The notes: a model not told the origin generated them from the letters alone. Shown: positions 48,941-58,586, counted from the stretch's first letter. The stretch is 64,000 bases of DNA from an uncultured Acidobacteriota bacterium (GCA_963796275.1 CAWCKY010000006.1:2336001-2400000); one strand, 5' to 3'. A program made the numbers and translations.

Positions 48941-50494
48941 CTATCGCAGCGCTTCGGTCAGGAGTAGTTGATCGACCTGCAGTGTGATATGTAACCCGCT
49001 GTGCCGATGCAAAATTCCAACGAAACCGGTATCAGGTTCGACGCGAGTTGTGTCGCCGTTGATGCGCGCCACCACCTCATCCCCAAATCGCAAGACGGCA
49101 GTCGTTTGCCGGGTTCCTATTCTGATCAGATCGAGCTTCCACGTGACTGTTTTACCCAGTTCAATTTTTCCCTCGCCCACGTCGATTCTTTCCCTGAACA
49201 AGCCGTTCGCGCTTCGGATCCGAACTCCTGCCGCAAATTTCCCGCCTCCGATCTTACGCAGGCAGGCGGCGGCTATCAGATTGTTGCCCGCCAGGAAGGC
49301 GAGAGGATGAATTACCTGGTCTCTCCCCATCCCCAGTTCCGTGGGATTAATATCCGCCTCCAGACGCCAGGACATGCGGCGGGCAGGCAAGGCGAAGCTC
49401 AACCCCGCACGGATCAATCTCCCTGGCAAACTACCGAGGTCCTGACAGAGCATATCCACTGAACCGCTTAGAGGGTTGGTGTTATTTGCCTCGCAAACAT
49501 TGCCGGATAGGAGGATCAATTCCCAATCCTGCGGCGGAAATATCCGGTCTTCGAAATCTATATTGCTGTCGACGGGTTCTTCGCCGGCTTTGCGTTCGGG
49601 CAGAGGGAACTCAGCGCGCTCCAGTTTCCCGTTCTTAACATCCAGGATATTGAGTTTTACGAATTTTTCATCTTGTGGAATGTCCTTGACGAGCACTCCA
49701 TAGTGCAGTTCGAGCAATCCTTCTCCCTTCATATTGGATTTCTGGTACCCTTCTATGGCGATTCCGTCCTTGAAGGCTTTATCGTCTCCCTTATCGCTAT
49801 CGATGGTCGCCCGGTCATCGAAGTTGACGTGAATGCTACGGGGCGCGCCGCCGTCGCCTCTCAATTCCACTTCAACAGCCTGCAAATCGCCCTCCCGCCG
49901 GTCCAGGGCTTCAAAGAAGAGCCTGATCGCCCTTTTTTCAATACCGTTGTCGGAGTAGAAATTCGTACGGTCAAGACGGGGCGTTTTAAAGTTGGCTTTG
50001 TTGATGTACGGCAGGTAATGCAGAGGGTGAACGCTGCTATCCTGGTTGGCCTCCCCTTTCCTGAACTCCATGTGTAGATGGGGATATTCCGCATCTTCCT
50101 GACCCACCGCGCCGATCAGGTCGCCCTGGTTCACCTCTTTGCCGACGATTATTCCCTCCACGATGCTGTCGAGATGAAGATAGACGAGAAATAAGTCATT
50201 CTCCCCATCCGTCGGATCGACAGCTTGAATGATTATATGAGTGGAGCCGAATCCCCCATCCGCCGGGCCGGCGCGATGCACCACGCCACTCGCCATGGCA
50301 TAAATCGGCGTGCCAACAGCGGCAGGCAGATCTATGCCGTCGTGAAAGTCCCAGCGATCGGCGTCTATCCGCGGACCGAAGGAGGTGTTCATCTCGTCTG
50401 CCGCGAAGCTTTTGCTGAGGGGCCAGATGAAATGAGAGTGGCCTTGAGCACAGCCAGATACGTGATGACCATAGTCTCTTGTTTCGTTATCCAT
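48941..50494 (-). CDS. M23 metallopeptidase with C-terminal beta-rich domains, no signal peptide
   Basis: SFGPR..FHDGIDL, GTPIYA, YLHL, HLHME; GGAGG RBS. Confidence 0.88.
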   Translation of the reverse strand: MDNETRDYGHHVSGCAQGHSHFIWPLSKSFAADEMNTSFGPRIDADRWDFHDGIDLPAAVGTPIYAMASGVVHRAGPADGGFGSTHIIIQAVDPTDGENDLFLVYLHLDSIVEGIIVGKEVNQGDLIGAVGQEDAEYPHLHMEFRKGEANQDSSVHPLHYLPYINKANFKTPRLDRTNFYSDNGIEKRAIRLFFEALDRREGDLQAVEVELRGDGGAPRSIHVNFDDRATIDSDKGDDKAFKDGIAIEGYQKSNMKGEGLLELHYGVLVKDIPQDEKFVKLNILDVKNGKLERAEFPLPERKAGEEPVDSNIDFEDRIFPPQDWELILLSGNVCEANNTNPLSGSVDMLCQDLGSLPGRLIRAGLSFALPARRMSWRLEADINPTELGMGRDQVIHPLAFLAGNNLIAAACLRKIGGGKFAAGVRIRSANGLFRERIDVGEGKIELGKTVTWKLDLIRIGTRQTTAVLRFGDEVVARINGDTTRVEPDTGFVGILHRHSGLHITLQVDQLLLTEALR

Positions 50495-50585
50495 CTTTCA
50501 CTTCCTCCTTTGCGGTTAATAAATGCTGTCCAAATCCCGATTGTTTCGATTTAGGCTGGCGAAATACCTGTCACGTTTCTCGTCT

Positions 50586-50885
50586 CTAGCACCAGAGATC
50601 CTGGATAAACTGGCTCTTCCCGCCATTCATGTCCCTGGGGCCGAATGGAATGAGACCTTCACCCGTCATTTTATCGGCAGCCTTGCCTTGATTGGCGTTT
50701 GCCACGGCATCCCACTTGGCTATGAAGTCCGAAACATCCCAAGTTGCTACGCTTGTCTCGGCGACGCCGAGATCATGGGACCACAGACGGCGCCGGAACT
50801 TTGTCACTGCTTCCGCGTCGTCGAGCATCACATGTTCAAATACTTCAGGCTGTACACCCCCAAATGTTCGGTCATAGATATACAT
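50586..50885 (-). CDS. Short, possibly truncated protein with the cluster leader MYIYDRTFGG
   Basis: ATG at 50885 within ORF 50586-50951; leader resembles that of the 53038 gene. Confidence 0.5.
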   Translation of the reverse strand: MYIYDRTFGGVQPEVFEHVMLDDAEAVTKFRRRLWSHDLGVAETSVATWDVSDFIAKWDAVANANQGKAADKMTGEGLIPFGPRDMNGGKSQFIQDLWC

Positions 50886-50960
50886 AAGGTTTATCTTCGT
50901 TAGGCAGCCGACTGAGTACTTGGTCAGGCACCTTATCTGAACCGTGCGCAATAAAAGTTC

Positions 50961-51689
50961 TTATCTGAAAACCCATCGGAATTCTCGTATTTTGGGCTTC
51001 GGCTTATTCACAGTTGGATCTTCCTTCAGAAGTCTTAACCGCTGGAGGTCACTCAAGAACAGGCGTTTGTCGCTGTTTTCGAAATCGATATCGACGTGCA
51101 GCGGAAAAGGGTTTTTCATCAATCCTTGCGCACTGTGCTGTAAACGGTTGCCCAGATGGCCGATTTCGTGAGCTATCGTATTGACAAATGCACGCCACAG
51201 GTCGCCAGTGGCGCCGCCGGAAACCTGGTGCGTTTTGATGAATCCGACCTTTCTATATCCATCACCTGATGGAATTCCGCAGCCTAGGGTACCCATTTCA
51301 TCCCAACACGTTTTGGCAAGGTCGTAGAAATCCTGCCCCCGTATGGTTTTCGGAATCTTGTGTTGTGTCATTAGTTTCAGGATGGTCCCGGGGAGATGCT
51401 GCCTACCGAGTAAGTACACGGGAAAATCGAGTTTTCCAAACCCGCCCTTCTCGTCGTCGGAAGGTTCATTTGACCGGTATTGCGCCTGGAACCTGATATT
51501 CGCCTGCTTCAACCAGTTCGGATCCAGGTTATTGAACTTATCCTCCAATTTTGACCGGATCTCCTCGCGAAGCTTATGATCATTTTTAAAGATACCAGCC
51601 GGGTCGATAAGAATGATACGAACAAAATCCGGTTGTCTCGCTTGGGGCGGTTGCCCTAGCCGTTCATAAGCCCGAACATACATAGTCAT
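50961..51689 (-). CDS. Zincin/metzincin-like metallopeptidase with cluster leader
   Basis: AHEIGHLGNRLQH...GLM (HExxH, third His, Met-turn); N-terminus MYVRAYERLGQ. Confidence 0.75.
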   Translation of the reverse strand: MTMYVRAYERLGQPPQARQPDFVRIILIDPAGIFKNDHKLREEIRSKLEDKFNNLDPNWLKQANIRFQAQYRSNEPSDDEKGGFGKLDFPVYLLGRQHLPGTILKLMTQHKIPKTIRGQDFYDLAKTCWDEMGTLGCGIPSGDGYRKVGFIKTHQVSGGATGDLWRAFVNTIAHEIGHLGNRLQHSAQGLMKNPFPLHVDIDFENSDKRLFLSDLQRLRLLKEDPTVNKPKPKIREFRWVFR

Positions 51690-51749
51690 TGTCCTTCCCT
51701 CTCATAACTTGCCAGATCACCTCGCCACGCAAATTGAGTCTGACTCGCA

Positions 51750-51910
51750 TTTAACATGGAAGTCATAGCGCGCAGCGTCGATCCGCGGACCGAAAGAGGT
51801 ATTCATCCCATCTGCTACGAAGCTCTTGCGGAGGGGGCCAGGTGAAATGTGAGTTGCTTTGACCGCAACCAGATACTTGCTGACGATAGTCTCTTGTTTC
51901 ATTACTCAAT
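51750..51910 (-). pseudogene. Truncated duplicate of the M23 gene 5' end
   Basis: NETRDYRQQVSGCGQSNSHFTWP / KSFVADGMNTSFGPRIDAARYDFH versus NETRDYGHHVSGCAQGHSHFIWPLSKSFAADEMNTSFGPRIDADRWDFH; similarity also visible at DNA level. Confidence 0.8.
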
Positions 51911-51973
51911 CTCCTCTGACGAAGGCTGCATTCCAGGCTGGCGCGAGAACTAATGATCGGATGTTCAAACTGA

Positions 51974-53038
51974 TCAAGGCCACTTCTTCACTACCTCGTC
52001 GATCACTCGATAGACGTTGATGACATCGCCAATCACGTCGGGGTTGGCGTCCGGATAGTTTTGCCATACTGCGACGAAAGGAACGCCATTGCGGTCAAGG
52101 AAGGCGCCTTCAGATTTCACGGAACTCACCTTGGCATCTACGCTGGGATGGTGACCCACCTTGGCACCCTTGCTGGTGAAGGAGAGCGTATTCGCATTCG
52201 TCGCCAGCGAGAGCCAGGAGCCGCCTCTGGACATGATTTCCATCATCTCCCGGCTGCTCGCCTGATCGACGAGCGTCCCGCGATGCATCGCCGCGAATAG
52301 TCTGGCCATGGCAAGTGCAGTCATGGCCGCCGATGACTTACCATTAGTGTCGACGGGAACATGGAACTGCTTCCAACCGCCACCGAGGTCGTTGGCGTAC
52401 CAGATGCCTCTCTTTGATTTCGGATCGAAGAATCTACCAGCGGTAAGGGCACCGTTCACGTAACTGTAACCAAGACGGCGCATACAGTTGCGCGCCGCCC
52501 AATCCTGCAGCTGATCTGCAAAGATGGCATCGAGATCTGCGCGATGCTGTTGCTTGAAGTCGAATTTGAGCACTCCGGAATCGCTCGTTGCGGCAATCCT
52601 CAATGTCTCGTCGATATTCATCTTCTTCCAGGGGCCGTCAGGAATCGACGGGACGGCCGCTGCGACCGCGGCAAAGAAGGGCTTCCAGTCCCAAGCTACG
52701 GTCGGAGCCAGGTTGTTGAGCCGTGCACGCAGTTCGAAACTCGCATACAACAGCGCCACCTTAAGAAGGCTGGCGGAGAAGAGCATGTGATTCTCTTTTT
52801 CGCCGGCATACCTCAAGGGATTTCCGCCGGTCCCTAGCTTTGCGATAGCGAACGCGACCTTTTCCAATCGTTGTTGATCTTTCAGACTCAATGTTCTCTT
52901 CACGGCGCGGATGGCTTCGGTCAGGTCCTTCGTGCGGGTTGGGTCGGAGACCATCTGTGGGCCATACGCCCGGTTGGCGAACGGTTCGACGGCCGACAAG
53001 CTTCCCAACCCTTGAAATTTACTATCGTAGATGAACAT
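51974..53038 (-). CDS. Serine beta-lactamase/PBP-like hydrolase with cluster leader, no signal peptide
   Basis: SASLLKVALL (SxxK), RRLGYSYVN, TALAMARLF, AKVG (KTG-like); N-terminus MFIYDSKFQGLG. Confidence 0.8.
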   Translation of the reverse strand: MFIYDSKFQGLGSLSAVEPFANRAYGPQMVSDPTRTKDLTEAIRAVKRTLSLKDQQRLEKVAFAIAKLGTGGNPLRYAGEKENHMLFSASLLKVALLYASFELRARLNNLAPTVAWDWKPFFAAVAAAVPSIPDGPWKKMNIDETLRIAATSDSGVLKFDFKQQHRADLDAIFADQLQDWAARNCMRRLGYSYVNGALTAGRFFDPKSKRGIWYANDLGGGWKQFHVPVDTNGKSSAAMTALAMARLFAAMHRGTLVDQASSREMMEIMSRGGSWLSLATNANTLSFTSKGAKVGHHPSVDAKVSSVKSEGAFLDRNGVPFVAVWQNYPDANPDVIGDVINVYRVIDEVVKKWP

Positions 53039-53060
53039 ACGATTAACCTTCGATGATTGG

Positions 53061-54425
53061 TCAGGGCCTCACGCCTTGCCTTTGCTCCAGCGTAAGCCCA
53101 TTCTCAAGAAAGCTAACAAAATGATCGACGACCTTCTCCATCTCCGGAGAATCTTTCTCGATCATCTTATCTACTCGCGCACGTTTGATTGGTTCGGGCC
53201 CCTGATATAATTGACCGTTAAACCGCAAATAGATCAAATATTGATTGGTGTAATAGGCGATTGTTTGCCGAGCCTGCTTGGAGAGCTTGGGAGTCTGCTG
53301 ACCTGGAATTAGCGCTAGCTCCGCGATGCCTCTTTCGTTCCTCGAGTTAGCAATGAATTCGTGAAATCGGCGAAGGCTTTTCTTACCATAATATGCATTA
53401 AGATTCTCTGCTAAAGAACGTGAGTGATCGTAGGCGCTTCCGACATTAATCCCGTCGATATCTCCTATTAAATCAGATCGACTTGCCTCCTTCACGAGGT
53501 AATACTCGAGTGTGAGCGGATCATGTTTGTCTATAGCGTTCCCGGCTTTGTCGGTCGCCAGCCAAAAATGCCGGATAAAAGCATGGAGGGCGCTACCCAG
53601 ATCACCCGACCAAGTTACGATTAAATCTGGTCGGTGTGGTTTGGGCAATTGTTGATCCTGATCAGGCTTCTGTTTTGGCGAGCCTTCAATTCCACAAAGG
53701 ACATGCCCTATTTCAAGCAGTTCTCCATTATCATAGAGTATTTTGTAGAGTCGGAGCCGCTCTTCTGCGGGGCTATGAAGGGCAAAAAGCGGGCTCACAT
53801 TCCGGTGTCGATACAAGACGATATTGAATGGTCCAATAAATTGCGGTTCTCTGGGGCCGCCATGGTATATCTTCCTCACCGAGGCCAAAAAATGTAAATG
53901 GGTCTGCCATGCAGGGCGAGCCTTTTCCTCGCGGTCAACGATTGCCAGGAATCCGGCTAGATCGATTAGCTCCACTACTGCTTTGGCCACGACACTCCCA
54001 CCGTTTTTGATTCCCACTGTCACTTGTACTGTGAGATGACGAACTAAGTAAGGCTTGTAGCTCATCCAGGTGGATGTGATGAATGACCCATCTTGATTGA
54101 TAGGAACAGCACCGCCGCCAGTTATCGCGATCGGCCCACCGACCCCAACATGAGCCTCGGCCTTAGCCAACGGCCAGCGACTATGATCTAGCCCGTAACT
54201 GTAATTCCGCCGGGTTCCTGCTCCGTCAATTTGAACCCTCCCGCTTAGTTTCACCGATCCGTTATATGACGACGGCGGTGTTCTGAAGAATCCCTCGTAC
54301 TGTCCGCTACTACTCCTGGTCAAGGTAATCTCGGGAATTCCATCGATCTTGAGCTTGTCGAGAGTGAGCACTGGCGATAATTGGGGTCCTTCTCCTATTT
54401 TCGTTTCGTTAACTCGTATATACAT
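53061..54425 (-). CDS. Hypothetical protein with cluster leader; beta-rich N-half and a GHV...TWSGDLGS...DLIGDIDG domain
   Basis: GGGAGG RBS; MYIRVNETKIGE leader; conserved-looking acidic motifs of uncertain function. Confidence 0.7.
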   Translation of the reverse strand: MYIRVNETKIGEGPQLSPVLTLDKLKIDGIPEITLTRSSSGQYEGFFRTPPSSYNGSVKLSGRVQIDGAGTRRNYSYGLDHSRWPLAKAEAHVGVGGPIAITGGGAVPINQDGSFITSTWMSYKPYLVRHLTVQVTVGIKNGGSVVAKAVVELIDLAGFLAIVDREEKARPAWQTHLHFLASVRKIYHGGPREPQFIGPFNIVLYRHRNVSPLFALHSPAEERLRLYKILYDNGELLEIGHVLCGIEGSPKQKPDQDQQLPKPHRPDLIVTWSGDLGSALHAFIRHFWLATDKAGNAIDKHDPLTLEYYLVKEASRSDLIGDIDGINVGSAYDHSRSLAENLNAYYGKKSLRRFHEFIANSRNERGIAELALIPGQQTPKLSKQARQTIAYYTNQYLIYLRFNGQLYQGPEPIKRARVDKMIEKDSPEMEKVVDHFVSFLENGLTLEQRQGVRP

Positions 54426-54537
54426 ACCGATCTTCCTCCCACTTTGTATGGGACTACCTTAGCTTGAGATCGGACACTGGCATTCAGACCTCGCTCATTC
54501 GGTGTTTCCCTCGCGGCAGTTCTGATGCCTAGCCTAT

Positions 54538-55191
54538 CTACTTCGCTACGTGGATGTGGTCTCGATGTGCGTTGAGTAACTTGTCTGAAATCGCTTTATG
54601 CGGTCCCTCGCCTCGCGTCCACGGCCCGAACAGTTGCACCGGATAACCTTTCGGCTGGGCCCATCCCCCATGGGCTTGCAGGGCCTTATAAAGTTTGTGG
54701 CCCAGATTGCGTTTCTTCTCCTCCTCGACCAACCGCGCGCGCGCTTGCGGGTTGGTTACAGCCTTGGCTTTGCGCATCGCGTGGTTCCATTCGTGCGCCC
54801 ATTGGCCGATGCCTTTGCCGCCGACGGCGTAAATGTCTGCTGCGCGTCCGAAACGGTGCAGCCCCAACGTGCCGCGTTTGAGAGAGACGGTTAGCAATTG
54901 CTCGGCGCTGAATCCGTTCGATTGTGCGAATTGCTCCAGGGCCTTGCTCAACTCGCTCGCCAGCGGTGGCGTGACGAGCGATTCCTGGACCGGCGAAACC
55001 ACACGATAGAACTGGCCATTCGGGATCGGTTGCAAGTTGCTTGTCTCAGCGCTCTCCGGTTGCTGCGGAGGTAAGATCGGCACTTGAGTCTGCGCGGGAG
55101 GATGCTTCAGACGAAAGAGACGTACGGGGCGCAGACGCGCCATCCGGCCATCCGGCGTTCTGACCACTCGTGAAGGTGCCCGGCGTTTCAT
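54538..55191 (-). CDS. Peptidase M15/Hedgehog-DD-peptidase-like zinc hydrolase with basic N-terminal extension
   Basis: H-x6-D (HRFGRAAD) and HRDHIHV zinc ligands; ATGA-type overlap with the upstream gene. Confidence 0.65.
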   Translation of the reverse strand: MKRRAPSRVVRTPDGRMARLRPVRLFRLKHPPAQTQVPILPPQQPESAETSNLQPIPNGQFYRVVSPVQESLVTPPLASELSKALEQFAQSNGFSAEQLLTVSLKRGTLGLHRFGRAADIYAVGGKGIGQWAHEWNHAMRKAKAVTNPQARARLVEEEKKRNLGHKLYKALQAHGGWAQPKGYPVQLFGPWTRGEGPHKAISDKLLNAHRDHIHVAK

Positions 55192-55727
55192 CTTACGTTT
55201 CTACCTCCGAAGATTTCGTTGTACCAGTAACGCCCCAGGATTCGACCGGCGAAGGAATTGATCGGATAGTTAGCCAGATTGCTGATCGAGCGATTCCTGA
55301 GAACAAACTCGACTTTGGCGTTTTCGTCGAGCCGCACTGCCACAGGCAGGCAGTTGCAACCCCACGGATTGATGATTCTCTCCAGCCTTGTATAAGGAAA
55401 GAGGGGTTTATCATTTTGCAGAATCAACCACTCGAATCCTGGCGTCTCGATTTGCGAGTTGTCGCGCGCGTAAAGATCGGTGAATTGCGCGAAATGAGTC
55501 AGCACGCCGCAATATTGCGGATGAAGTTGAAAACTCGCCAGCACTACCTGCTCGCCTCGCGGCGGCAGATTTTCGACCGGTTTTAAGGGATCGCGGAACT
55601 GTGCGAACGGGTCAGTCTCGCAAGCATCCAGCGCGATACCGATCGATCCGCTAACATCGAAATATTCGGCGTCGAGAGGGATACCGCAGATCACACAGGA
55701 ATTGTTGTTCGACGTTTTCGCAATCAT
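55188..55727 (-). CDS. Predicted beta-sandwich structural protein (minor capsid/penton-like, inferred)
   Basis: Alternating beta-strand pattern; C-terminal PVAVRLDENAKVEFVLRN...GRILGRYW parallels the neighbouring paralogs; N-terminal CxxC. Confidence 0.55.
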   Translation of the reverse strand: MIAKTSNNNSCVICGIPLDAEYFDVSGSIGIALDACETDPFAQFRDPLKPVENLPPRGEQVVLASFQLHPQYCGVLTHFAQFTDLYARDNSQIETPGFEWLILQNDKPLFPYTRLERIINPWGCNCLPVAVRLDENAKVEFVLRNRSISNLANYPINSFAGRILGRYWYNEIFGGRNVR

Positions 55728-55730
55728 CGT

Positions 55731-57053
55731 TTATCCCGGAACCCGGCCCGTGCCGAGCATTTTGTAACCCTGCAAAACCAGGGAGAGCGTACCCGCGGGG
55801 CCGGAGAGTTCTTCGACCTGAATGCGGACCGAAGATTTGGGCTCTGACATGAACGGCTTGGCAAATGGCCGGAACGGGCGGTCGCCATTGGCGACGCCGA
55901 GCCCGGCAATGTTGTGAATCGGCTTGCTCTGGTATTCGCGCCCCGTGCTGCTGACATCAAGGCTGTAGAGAAAACTCACCTCTTCCGCAGCCACAGCGCC
56001 GGTTTCGAAGATTCTTCCCAGGGTCCCGCCGGCGACTTGATCGATCGCCAGATTGGCCGCGATGAGGCCGTTCGCTTCGGGATTGAGTTTAAACCCGCGC
56101 GTCAAATCCACTCCGCTCCTCTCCAGTCCGGCGGCTAAGGCTCCCAGCGAAATATTTGACAGTCTCACGCGCGGGATGTCGAAGACGCTGAAGGCGACGC
56201 CTAGAAGGCTCGAGGGCGAGAGACCGGTGATAAGCAGATCGCCCGGTGAGAGCAGGCCGCCGAGTTCTACCAGCTTGCCAGAAGCTGTAGCGCCTGTGGC
56301 GAATTGGAAAGGCTTATCCAGTAAAGCCGACTTTCGAATCGAGGTGCTTCCATCACTCTTCAACACGGTGAGATCAACCAGGCTGTTTTGTGAACCGTAA
56401 ATATGTACACGGTCAGTGCCTGCTGACGGCAATTGTTTGGTGGTTGGATCCGGGCCAATCACTGGCGTCATGAGTGTCGAGGCGTTCAAGGGACCTATCT
56501 CCAACTGTTGGGTGAACAGGTTATTGGTTCGATCCCAGAGGAGAAACCGGCTCTCGGGGGAGATCACCGGGACCTCCTCAGTTCCTTCCAAAACCAGAAG
56601 TAGAGTGCCATCCGATCCGATCGTCCCGCTCGTCAAAATTCCAGGCAGGGTGTTTTCGAGAACTGCGATGCCTGTGGCAGGTGGGTCGTCGAGAAGCACC
56701 AGGGCGATATCTGCGCCGGGGGCGCTGGTGATGAACAACTTGTTGATATTGCCGTTCGAAAAGAATGGGACAAAAGAGGGACTTCGCAAAAGCGTATTTT
56801 GGTTGATCACCGGCCCGAAAGTGCGCGGCGTTTGGCGTTCATCCAAGACGAGGCTATAGCCGACCGACAAGGCCACGAAGACGCCCTCGGTGCTGATCTC
56901 TACGACATCCTGCACCTTGTTGCCGCGCTGCCCCAGGAGCGTGAATTGAAAGACATAATCGAAAGGGATCGTCTTCACCGCGGGCGGCGCGTTCGTGCGA
57001 ACGGCGCCGCGTTGGGGGACCGCTCTCGGATTGGGATAACCGAATTGGCTCAT
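55731..57053 (-). CDS. Beta-sandwich structural protein with a large central insertion (spike/vertex-like, inferred)
   Basis: IPFDYVFQFTLLGQRGNKVQDVVEISTEGVFVALSVGY...TGREYQSKP...GDRPF...LVLQGYK, paralogous to both halves of 57101-58513. Confidence 0.65.
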   Translation of the reverse strand: MSQFGYPNPRAVPQRGAVRTNAPPAVKTIPFDYVFQFTLLGQRGNKVQDVVEISTEGVFVALSVGYSLVLDERQTPRTFGPVINQNTLLRSPSFVPFFSNGNINKLFITSAPGADIALVLLDDPPATGIAVLENTLPGILTSGTIGSDGTLLLVLEGTEEVPVISPESRFLLWDRTNNLFTQQLEIGPLNASTLMTPVIGPDPTTKQLPSAGTDRVHIYGSQNSLVDLTVLKSDGSTSIRKSALLDKPFQFATGATASGKLVELGGLLSPGDLLITGLSPSSLLGVAFSVFDIPRVRLSNISLGALAAGLERSGVDLTRGFKLNPEANGLIAANLAIDQVAGGTLGRIFETGAVAAEEVSFLYSLDVSSTGREYQSKPIHNIAGLGVANGDRPFRPFAKPFMSEPKSSVRIQVEELSGPAGTLSLVLQGYKMLGTGRVPG

Positions 57054-57100
57054 AGTGTCGCTCTCTTACAATCGCGCCGGCGAACATCCTGACGGCGCGT

Positions 57101-58513
57101 TTAACGAAGAATCTTGTATCCCTGAAAGACCAGGAAGAGACGGCCCCTTCCGAAGATCTCTTCCACCTGCACGCGAATGGTCGAACGCGGCAGAAATGTC
57201 ATCGGTTTATGGAAGACCTTGAATGGGCGGTCGCCGTTGGCGATGCCGAGGCTGGCGACGTTGAAGGCGCGCTGGCTCTGCAACTCGCGGCCGGTTCCCG
57301 TGTCAATGATTGAATAGAGGAACCGAACCTCCTCCGGACGGTTCACGCTCTGGAACAGTCGCCCCAACAAATCCCGGCTCACCGTATTCAACTGGCCGCC
57401 GGCGGAGAAGGCGAAGCGCACGCGTAACGGATCGAGCCGGATCCCGTCGAAGAGGGATTGTACGGGTTTGATTTCTCTTAGTTTGATTTCGCCCAGTTTG
57501 AATACATCCGGATTGACCGGGTCCGGTTGGGAGTCGATCTCGATCCTGGTGTCGCCTGCGTCCAGGCTGTAGCCTACCGCCGTCGCGACATAACCTCCGT
57601 CGACATTGATCGGAACTTCGTCTTCGAGGATGTTTCCCGGTTGCCCGGTCAAATCGAGCGTCGAGACATAATCGAACGGCACGATGCGCGTCGAGGGCGC
57701 GTCGTGCTCAATCGCCTCGCCGAGCGGCCGATAGTTGCCCGTTTCGTGATCGTAGACCGGTATCTTCTTGATCGGCTCGAACTCCGCCAGCCGCCGAGTC
57801 TCTTCTTCCGCCGCCCCCGCCAGGCCGAGCACTTTGTATCCTTGCAGCGTGATGAAGAGCCTGCCCGTTACACCTGCCGTCCGCTCTTCGATCTGCAATC
57901 GAATCGTCGATCGTGGCAGGAAGACCATCGGCTGCGGCAGCATTTTGAACGGCCTCCGCCCGTCGGCGCGGCCCAGCGTCGCCAGGCTGTCCACCGGCTT
58001 GTTCTGCAACTCGCGGCCGGTTCCGGTGTCGACCAGGCTGAGCAGGAAGCTGAAATTGTCCACCGGCTTCAATCGCTGAAAAAGCTTTTGCCTTAGCTCC
58101 TGGTTCAAAGGCAAACTTGCATTCAAGCCGCCATTTTCCGATATGAGAGCGCGCAAGTTCGGATTTAGTCTGAACCCTTCGATCAGCACATCGGGGGGCA
58201 GGTTTGCTAGCTTGACATCGCCGAGGGTGGCCAGGGTAATCGGCGTGGCTGTGGTGTTAGTGGCTGGGGAGGGAACCAAGTCGACCTTCTCTGCGCGCTC
58301 TTCCGCCAAGCCGTAGCCGACGGCTGTAGCGACGAAGACGCCTTCGGCGCTGATGTTGATCACGTCCTGAACGAGGTTGCCGACCTCTCCCCTGAGCGTG
58401 AAGTCGGCCACGTACTCGTAGGGGATGACGCGCGCCGCCGGCGCGCTATGCGACTGTTCGCGACCGAACGAATTGGCGCCCCTCGGCGGATTGGGCTGAG
58501 CCATGCGGTTCAT
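57101..58513 (-). CDS. Protein with two tandem copies of the same beta-sandwich domain (double jelly-roll-like, inferred)
   Basis: IPYEYV...VATAVGY...DTGTGRELQ...RPFK..PM.FLPRSTIR.Q.EE...QGYK occurs twice. Confidence 0.7.
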   Translation of the reverse strand: MNRMAQPNPPRGANSFGREQSHSAPAARVIPYEYVADFTLRGEVGNLVQDVINISAEGVFVATAVGYGLAEERAEKVDLVPSPATNTTATPITLATLGDVKLANLPPDVLIEGFRLNPNLRALISENGGLNASLPLNQELRQKLFQRLKPVDNFSFLLSLVDTGTGRELQNKPVDSLATLGRADGRRPFKMLPQPMVFLPRSTIRLQIEERTAGVTGRLFITLQGYKVLGLAGAAEEETRRLAEFEPIKKIPVYDHETGNYRPLGEAIEHDAPSTRIVPFDYVSTLDLTGQPGNILEDEVPINVDGGYVATAVGYSLDAGDTRIEIDSQPDPVNPDVFKLGEIKLREIKPVQSLFDGIRLDPLRVRFAFSAGGQLNTVSRDLLGRLFQSVNRPEEVRFLYSIIDTGTGRELQSQRAFNVASLGIANGDRPFKVFHKPMTFLPRSTIRVQVEEIFGRGRLFLVFQGYKILR

Positions 58514-58531
58514 AACTCTTCCTCGGTTTCA

Positions 58532-58586
58532 GCCGCAGATTAACGCAGGTAGATACAGGTAGCTTTCAATCGCGCTGATCTGCGGC
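58532..58586. repeat. Intergenic imperfect inverted repeat (stem-loop) right after the putative major shell gene
   Basis: GCCGCAGATTAACGC (58532-58546) / GCGCTGATCTGCGGC (58572-58586). Confidence 0.6.
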
